This document shows positions 57,691 to 64,000 of a stretch of DNA of 64,000 nucleotides, one piece after another. Position 1 is the first letter of the stretch; each line of letters starts with the position of its first letter. The notes beneath the pieces were generated by a model. That model saw only the letters and a list, made by a program, of their open reading frames with translations, was not told the origin of the DNA and did not search any database. The DNA is from Caldisericota bacterium (GTDB lineage Bacteria > Caldisericota > Caldisericia > JAAYUI01): assembly GCA_029548865.1 (NCBI GenBank), contig JAKPMO010000024.1, positions 32,001 through 96,000 of the forward strand, in the 5' to 3' direction. The position numbers and the translations under genes were made by a program.

Positions 57691-58959
57691 ATGAACAGGA
57701 TTGAAGATGTATATGCAAGGCAAATACTCGATTCCAGAGGCAATCCGACAGTTGAAGTAGACTGCGAAACAGATGACGGCATTCTTGCCAGAGCGGCCGT
57801 ACCATCAGGCGCTTCAACCGGAATCAGGGAAGCACTCGAACTTCGGGACCAGGACCCAAAAAACTACAAAGGCAAATCAGTCGAGAAAGCTGTCTTGAAT
57901 GTCAATGAAACAATCTCGGCAGAACTTTATGACCATGATGTCCTCGACCAGAGGGGAGTAGATTCCCTCATGAACGAGCTGGATGGGACAGACAACAAAA
58001 GTGACATGGGCGCAAACGCCATATTGGCAGTTTCAATGGCAGTGGCAAGGGCCGGAGCCGCAACATGTGATATCCCCCTTTACCGCTACCTTGGCGGCGC
58101 GATGGCCAACAGGCTCCCTGTTCCATTCATGAACGTAATAAATGGCGGCGTACACGCAGACAACAATCTAGATTTCCAGGAGTTCATGATTGCCCCCTCA
58201 GGTTCTGCAAGCTTTTCAGAGGCACTCAGAATGGGTACTGAAATCTATCACACCCTGAAAGCGATCCTCAAGAAGAATGGCCTTTCAACAGCTGTTGGTG
58301 ACGAGGGTGGTTTTGCGCCAAATCTCAAAAATCATGAGGAAGCACTAAAAGTGCTGGTCCAAGCCATCACGGAAGCAGGCTATGTTTCCGGAAAAGACTG
58401 CTCGATAGCAATGGATGCTGCTTCATCATCAATCTATAAAGATGGCAAATATGGATTTGAGGGCAAGAAGCTGAGTAATGCCGAACTGAATTCATGGTAT
58501 CTGGAAATGGTTTCGAAATACCCGATTATTTCCATTGAAGACGGAATGGCAGAAGAGGACGGGGAGGGCTGGAAAATACATACTGAGTCACTTGGAGGAA
58601 AAATCCAGCTGGTCGGTGACGATGTGTTTGTGACAAATCCAGCCATCTTTGCTGAGGGTATAAAAAATGGGATTGCTAACGCCATCCTGATAAAACTGAA
58701 CCAGGTTGGAAGTGTCAAAGAGACTTGGGACACGATTGAACTGGCCAGAAGGAATGGTTATGGTTACATGATCTCGCACAGATCAGGTGAAACAGCCGAT
58801 TCCTTCATCGCCCATCTGGCTGTGGCATCATCTTCAGGCCAGATAAAAACAGGTGCCCCATGCAGATCTGAAAGGGTCGAGAAATACAACGAACTCCTGA
58901 GGATCGAAGAAGAACTTGGGCAATCAGCCATCTATGGCCTGCCCGAAAAGGAGAGGTAA
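57691..58959 (+). CDS. eno: Enolase
   Basis: [43 protein letters not shown]. Confidence 0.98.
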   Translation: MNRIEDVYARQILDSRGNPTVEVDCETDDGILARAAVPSGASTGIREALELRDQDPKNYKGKSVEKAVLNVNETISAELYDHDVLDQRGVDSLMNELDGTDNKSDMGANAILAVSMAVARAGAATCDIPLYRYLGGAMANRLPVPFMNVINGGVHADNNLDFQEFMIAPSGSASFSEALRMGTEIYHTLKAILKKNGLSTAVGDEGGFAPNLKNHEEALKVLVQAITEAGYVSGKDCSIAMDAASSSIYKDGKYGFEGKKLSNAELNSWYLEMVSKYPIISIEDGMAEEDGEGWKIHTESLGGKIQLVGDDVFVTNPAIFAEGIKNGIANAILIKLNQVGSVKETWDTIELARRNGYGYMISHRSGETADSFIAHLAVASSSGQIKTGAPCRSERVEKYNELLRIEEELGQSAIYGLPEKER

Positions 58960-61900
58960 TGAAAAAATTTTTTATTGCGCTTTTGGCCTTAACAATGGTA
59001 ATGCCTACTGTAGTATTCCCGGCATTCTCCGAAACAACGGATTGGCCAGAACCTTTTTACAACCAAACCCACGCAAATAATTCCAATGGGCCTGCCGTAC
59101 CAATCCCGTTACAGAAATCCTGGGCATTCTATCCGGAAGGTGATTCTCTTGGGATGCCAATAGCTATCGGTGATTCGATAATCGTTTCGGATACTATGGG
59201 CTATATAGTTTCTCTGGACAAGAAGACCGGCCAGCCCAAATGGAGTTATGATATTGGTTTTGAGGCCCAAACCCTGGTTGCTGGATCAGGCGACAAACTT
59301 GCTTTCGCCACTGCTTCAGTGATGATGGTCAGTGGCAGGAGAAGGGGTGGTCGTGGCGGCAGAGGTGGGCCATTATCCTTATCTGGAATCAACCAGTTTC
59401 TCCAGTTTCCAAATTCAACCAGAGAAGATGAAACACAGAAAATGTATTTTGGCGTTATTGACATCAAAACTGGCAAAGAATTGTGGAAAAAAGAGCCGGA
59501 ATCCGGACTCTCAATTGGCCAGGGTTGCATCAGTGGGAACAAGATAATAATACCATTTTCCGTTATGAAGACCAATGGCTCGATAGAGTCAAAACTCATT
59601 GCTTACTCGATAAGTGACGGCTCCCAAATCTGGGCAATAGATTATGAGAAATCCATGGCATCAAGCATGCCCACCATTGCAGAGGGAAAAATTTTTATCG
59701 GTGCAATGACAATAAAAATCCCGCAAGAAGATGACCCAGTTAATCAAACACCAGAAATGAAGGACCCGGAAATACTTTGCCTCGATGAATCAAATGGCAA
59801 AGTAGTATGGAAAAAAGGTGGATTTGAAGAGAACCTGATGGGGATCATAAGCTATGCAGACGGGACCCTCTATACATGCCTCACAAAGATAGACTTGACC
59901 GGCGGTGGCGGTGGCAGGTTCACCATGCCAGAATCAAATGTTTCTGCATTCAGTGCCTCGGATGGCACCCGGAAGTGGATTCGCAAGATAGAAGGCGACT
60001 TCATGACAACTGGCATCATGGCAGTAACAAAATATGGCCTTGTTGTGCAGTGCACGATGAGCTCAACGATGTGCCTTGACCTCAAAGAGGGGACTGTCAA
60101 ATGGAACCAGGAAAAAACCCCGGGTGGAATGTGTTTTGGGATCCAGTATGTATGCAATGGTGAACAGGTAATAAGCACAAGGCAGAGTAAAATCTCGGTC
60201 ATTAATCTTAGTGATGGTAAAATTGTCTTCCAGGAAGACACCGGGATGAAATCTGGGTTCGGAATGATGGGCGGCGATATGGTCCTTTCTTACCCAATCG
60301 TGAGTGGCGATAAGGTTTTTGTTGCTGGCGACAAATTGATATGCTACGGAGAAAAAATCATAGGTCTCTCGTCTGATCCAGATAGAATAAAACTAAATAT
60401 TGAAGCGGGACAAAAAAAGACGCTTAAATTGAAGCTTGTTTATAACGCGCAAGCTGAGATTAAAGGCACCATTACGACCTCACAACCATGGATAAAGCTC
60501 AGTGCGAATGACTATTCCACAGCATCACAGACCTACGAAGTGACACTCTCAACAGAAGGGCTGGAGCCTGGGGTGTATAAAGGCTCAATAGATGTTGATG
60601 CCTCGGTTGGCAAACTGTCAATATCAGTCGAAATGACTGTTGTTCCAAAACCGCCAATCAAACTCGAGGTAAACCTCGAGGATCCTACTTACACAAACAA
60701 AAATCCATTTAAGGTAACAGGCCAGACAGTCCCAGGTGCAAAGCTGACAATAAGTGGAAGGCCGGCAAATGTTGCATCTGATGGTTCTTTTGCAGAAGAA
60801 ATCCCACTCGAACAGGGTTCAAACAAGCTCACTTTCGAAGCCAGGGATTCAAAGGGAAATGTTGCAAATGCAACTAGAACTGTCATTTTTGATGACAAAA
60901 AACCCCAGCTCAACATATCACTCAAAGATGGCGACACTATAAAAAAATTCCCATTGACAGTTTCCGGTCAGACTGAGAAAAATGCAAGAGTCAAAGTGAA
61001 TGGAGTCCCTGTTGAAGTAAAGGACAATGGTGAATTTGAAGCTGTCATCGAGGAATTGGAACAGGGTGAACAGACAATAACCATAATAGCAGAGGATCTC
61101 GCTGGAAACGTAACCAAGATTGAACGTAAAGTATTGGTTGCCACAATAGAACTCAAACTCATCCTCGATCAAAAATCTCCTATTCTTACAAACAATCCAA
61201 ACATAACAATTACAGGGCAAACCGAGGCTGGTGCTTCAATTGCAGCAATAGTTTTTGGTGGGAAGCCCACCGATCCAGTAACAGCAGGTCAGGATGGAAA
61301 ATTCTCGATAACAGTAGCGCTTGAAGAAGAAGGTCGGTTCAGAATCATACTTCAGGTCATGGCTGAAAATGGTCAATCAACAAATGCGAATTTTGATGTG
61401 CTTTTTGATAAGACACCACCTCTCATAGAATCCACAATCCCTGCTGTTTCAAAGGAAAAAACTGTCGAGATAAAAGGGAAACTTTCCGAGTACTGCATGC
61501 TTACAATCAACGATAACCCAGTTGAAGTAGGTAAAACCGACTTCACATTCAGCACAAAGGTGGAACTGAAACCAGGTTTGAACTCCATCATCATCAAAGC
61601 AACTGACTTGGTCGGCAACGTTTCAAAGCTTGAAGGGTTCACCAAATTTGAAGATGCAACCCAGGTACAGACAGTTGTAATCAAACTATGGGTTGATAAG
61701 CAGGATATGACAATAAATGGCAAAACAACCAAGTTGGCAGTTGCTCCGACGACATCATCTCCGCCACTTCCAAAACAACTTGCAGGATCAACCTACATGC
61801 CAATAAGGGAAGTCGCAGAAGCACTCTTCGCCTCAGTTGGCTGGGATGCCAAAGAGCAAAAAGTGACCCTCACTCAGAAAACACCTGACGGGAAGACAAA

Positions 61901-62099
61901 AATTATCGAGCTCTGGATTAGCAAAAAGATGGCCAAGATAGATGGCAAGGAGATAAACATCGACTCCCAAGGAAAGCTTTACCCAACAATAGTTCAGGGT
62001 AAAACAATGTTACCATTGAGGTTTGTTGGAGAAGCTCTTGGTGCAAAAGTCGAGTGGGACGGCAAAACCAAGATGATCACATTGACATTCCCGAAGTAG
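58959..62099 (+). CDS. Large secreted PQQ/BamB-like propeller protein with BACON and several Ig-like modules and C-terminal stalk domain
   Basis: Signal peptide; TGKELWK, DGSQIW repeats; QPWIKLS; repeated GQTE..DGxF..AxDxxGN; TYMPIREVAE..TMLPLRFVGEALGAKVEWD; TAATG overlap with eno. Confidence 0.85.
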   Translation: MKKFFIALLALTMVMPTVVFPAFSETTDWPEPFYNQTHANNSNGPAVPIPLQKSWAFYPEGDSLGMPIAIGDSIIVSDTMGYIVSLDKKTGQPKWSYDIGFEAQTLVAGSGDKLAFATASVMMVSGRRRGGRGGRGGPLSLSGINQFLQFPNSTREDETQKMYFGVIDIKTGKELWKKEPESGLSIGQGCISGNKIIIPFSVMKTNGSIESKLIAYSISDGSQIWAIDYEKSMASSMPTIAEGKIFIGAMTIKIPQEDDPVNQTPEMKDPEILCLDESNGKVVWKKGGFEENLMGIISYADGTLYTCLTKIDLTGGGGGRFTMPESNVSAFSASDGTRKWIRKIEGDFMTTGIMAVTKYGLVVQCTMSSTMCLDLKEGTVKWNQEKTPGGMCFGIQYVCNGEQVISTRQSKISVINLSDGKIVFQEDTGMKSGFGMMGGDMVLSYPIVSGDKVFVAGDKLICYGEKIIGLSSDPDRIKLNIEAGQKKTLKLKLVYNAQAEIKGTITTSQPWIKLSANDYSTASQTYEVTLSTEGLEPGVYKGSIDVDASVGKLSISVEMTVVPKPPIKLEVNLEDPTYTNKNPFKVTGQTVPGAKLTISGRPANVASDGSFAEEIPLEQGSNKLTFEARDSKGNVANATRTVIFDDKKPQLNISLKDGDTIKKFPLTVSGQTEKNARVKVNGVPVEVKDNGEFEAVIEELEQGEQTITIIAEDLAGNVTKIERKVLVATIELKLILDQKSPILTNNPNITITGQTEAGASIAAIVFGGKPTDPVTAGQDGKFSITVALEEEGRFRIILQVMAENGQSTNANFDVLFDKTPPLIESTIPAVSKEKTVEIKGKLSEYCMLTINDNPVEVGKTDFTFSTKVELKPGLNSIIIKATDLVGNVSKLEGFTKFEDATQVQTVVIKLWVDKQDMTINGKTTKLAVAPTTSSPPLPKQLAGSTYMPIREVAEALFASVGWDAKEQKVTLTQKTPDGKTKIIELWISKKMAKIDGKEINIDSQGKLYPTIVQGKTMLPLRFVGEALGAKVEWDGKTKMITLTFPK

Positions 62100-62120
62100 T
62101 AATCAAGATAATTTCCCACT

Positions 62121-62162
62121 ATAAATAAAAAAGGCCCCTCTTAAGGGGCCTTTTTTATTTAT
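62121..62162. terminator. Bidirectional intrinsic terminator (19-bp perfect stem)
   Basis: ATAAATAAAAAAGGCCCCT-CTTA-AGGGGCCTTTTTTATTTAT. Confidence 0.88.
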
Positions 62163-62188
62163 CTGGTAAGGATTGAGATTTTTTATTA

Positions 62189-63163
62189 CTACTTGATCGG
62201 TGGTTTTATCTCTGAGGGTATATTGAAGTTTGAAAGAGTAACTTTCGACCAGGTTTTTACCTCTCTGGCACTTTGATAGGTAATAAGCTCTGTTTGCACC
62301 GGAACACCAGCAAGTTCACCACTCTCTATGATGGCAACGTTGAATTCAACAAAAAGCTTCTGGGTTTTATTGCTTTTGCTGTCCATCTGCTCTTCTATTA
62401 TCGATACTCCCCTGAGCTGTCTGCATTGCTTGTCTCCAATCTGGACCATTCCATTGTCAACAAAGGCTTGTGGGGCCTTAAAAGATTTTGTTAACCGACT
62501 CACATCCAAGTTGATAATAGAGAATATGTCATTGAACCCAGGGAACCACTCATTGCTGGGCCTATAGCCGGACCCATCATCAATCCACTGGTTATTTCCA
62601 ATCTGAACTGCCTTTTTTACTCTTTCTTGTGGTTCTTCGGGTTTTCCATTGTTTATCTCAGGTGTACTGCTACGCTCTTTGGATTTCATTTCGAAAGTAT
62701 AGCTGCTTGGAGCGACAAAAGATCCCGTCATAGTAAGGGCAATATCCTTACTATCACTGCCAAAAGCTATATCAAAATCATACGATTTTAGTTTTGCAAC
62801 ACTAACTTCCTTTATTGGCGAAACAAACCCCTCAGCAACCTTTTTGAGCTTGAGGTTTACTTCTTTGGTAGTGGTTGGATAAACAGCAATAATATCTTCC
62901 TCGAAGGTTTCAAAATATTCCTTGGTCACCTTCAGTTTGTATGTCGCACCAGGTTCCAGTTCGGAAAAGGTAAACTGTGCATCGGCACCAGTATCCAACC
63001 TTGCATCATTGAGATATACAGTTGCTCCTGAAAGTGGCGTTTTTGTTGACTCCTCATATACAACACCACTCATAAAGGCCTTTTCCTTTTTTTCACCACA
63101 GGCCACAAAGCCAAAAGGAACAACGGCCAGCGTAATAAGCAAAGCAATAATTCTCTTGTTCAT
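62189..63163 (-). CDS. Lipoprotein with carboxypeptidase-regulatory-like Ig domain and uncharacterised C-terminal domain
   Basis: FVAC lipobox; SGVVYEESTKTPLSGATV..YKLKVTKEYF; ATG 63163 has GGAGG RBS. Confidence 0.72.
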   Translation of the reverse strand: MNKRIIALLITLAVVPFGFVACGEKKEKAFMSGVVYEESTKTPLSGATVYLNDARLDTGADAQFTFSELEPGATYKLKVTKEYFETFEEDIIAVYPTTTKEVNLKLKKVAEGFVSPIKEVSVAKLKSYDFDIAFGSDSKDIALTMTGSFVAPSSYTFEMKSKERSSTPEINNGKPEEPQERVKKAVQIGNNQWIDDGSGYRPSNEWFPGFNDIFSIINLDVSRLTKSFKAPQAFVDNGMVQIGDKQCRQLRGVSIIEEQMDSKSNKTQKLFVEFNVAIIESGELAGVPVQTELITYQSAREVKTWSKVTLSNFNIPSEIKPPIK

Positions 63164-63374
63164 ACAACCTCCTAGCGGTTGAAGTTTATTTGATGGCAAA
63201 CACGTTTCAATGAACAAACTTAATCCATGGTTAACTAATCGTTACTCCAAATACAACTAAAGGGGTGAAGGAATTCCGCTATCTTCTATTAATAATCACT
63301 TTAACCTTTGTTGAACAGATATCTTAAAAGGCTAGAATGATTCGGTAGTCTTGCGGAATCGAAAGGAGCTTATC

Positions 63375-64000
63375 ATGAGGAACAAATTTATCAAGCTTAT
63401 GGCCCTGTTGCTTGTGCTTGGGATGTTTTTCACAACAAGCGGGACAGCTTACGCACTTCTTGGCCCGGTCCATATCGAACTGAACGTAATGGGCGAACGT
63501 CCATCCGGAGTAAGAGCAGGCCAGGTGACCGCATTCAAAATCCACATTAGATTCAATGTAAACATCAAGGTCCACGACTGGATCAAGATATGGTTCCCGA
63601 TTGACGAAAACTCATGCGACCTGAAGGACATCTGCGACGGGATCCCCCAGGTAACCGGGGCTAAGGAAAGCCCAAGATTTGTTCCAAACGAAGCATATTT
63701 TGCAAAGTATCAAAACAAGGACGAGTCAGACGTTGGGAAGCTCTACGAGGTCCTTGATGATCGCAAGGGACTTACAAGGTTCGACAAGTGTGAGTGCTCT
63801 GCTGCTGCAAAAGATTATGGCAATTGCGCCCAGGAAGGCAAATGCAGGATCATTTCCGATCCAACAGGCCTTGGTTGCTGGGTGACAGGTTCTGTTCTAC
63901 CAGCTCTCCCAAGAGATGAAGCCGAAAGATACAAAAGGCTTGCCCAGATAATCGTCACAACGTCAATTGGATACACTCCATGCACAGCCTGCCAGGGTCT
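63375..64000 (+). CDS. Secreted Cys-rich protein (3'-truncated), N-terminal domain related to 38698..41748; absent from the ORF track
   Basis: Hand translation open to the window end: MRNKFIKLMALLLVLGMFF...VHDWIKIWFP...TSIGYTPCTACQG; AAGGAG RBS. Confidence 0.85.
   Translation, partial: MRNKFIKLMALLLVLGMFFTTSGTAYALLGPVHIELNVMGERPSGVRAGQVTAFKIHIRFNVNIKVHDWIKIWFPIDENSCDLKDICDGIPQVTGAKESPRFVPNEAYFAKYQNKDESDVGKLYEVLDDRKGLTRFDKCECSAAAKDYGNCAQEGKCRIISDPTGLGCWVTGSVLPALPRDEAERYKRLAQIIVTTSIGYTPCTACQG

Noticed and set aside
53178..62099. PQQ dehydrogenase or copper amine oxidase enzyme calls
   Set aside because: Only structural propeller repeats and the small non-catalytic stalk domain are evident
38698..64000. 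CxxC motifs as c-type cytochrome sites
   Set aside because: None is followed by His (CTKCQ, CTACQ, CQTCE, CNTCP)

Overview
Gene-dense 64 kb chromosomal segment of a moderately AT-rich bacterium, probably anaerobic and amino-acid-fermenting. The many secreted proteins ending in a copper-amine-oxidase-N-like ('stalk') domain suggest a Caldisericota-like lineage, which is inference only. The window holds the 3' part of mfd followed by a dual-specificity-phosphatase/MazG fusion, and a long minus-strand housekeeping run (tRNA-Leu, tRNA-Gly, tig, clpP, clpX, lon, rimO, thpR, recA, recX, rny, ymdB). It has nine tRNA genes, and the four tRNA-Arg genes lack an encoded CCA. Other loci are an rplU-arginine-synthetase-like (ArcE)-ornithine carbamoyltransferase operon, hypAB, a DUF4388/7TM/tyrS/vWA-TM-FHA/hutU operon, an orphan mcsA, acpS, P5C dehydrogenase, tatAC and enolase. 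About ten large secreted or lipoproteins are present (beta-propeller, Ig-like, transglutaminase-like, Cys-motif). I saw no CRISPR array, rRNA, integrase or transposase. The best candidates for new biology are the phosphatase-MazG fusion, the 7TM/DUF4388/FHA signalling-like module around tyrS, a family of secreted proteins sharing a PCxxCQG motif, and a tandem GNAT lacking the CoA motif embedded in a tRNA operon. All functional calls come from motif recognition by eye; no searches were run.
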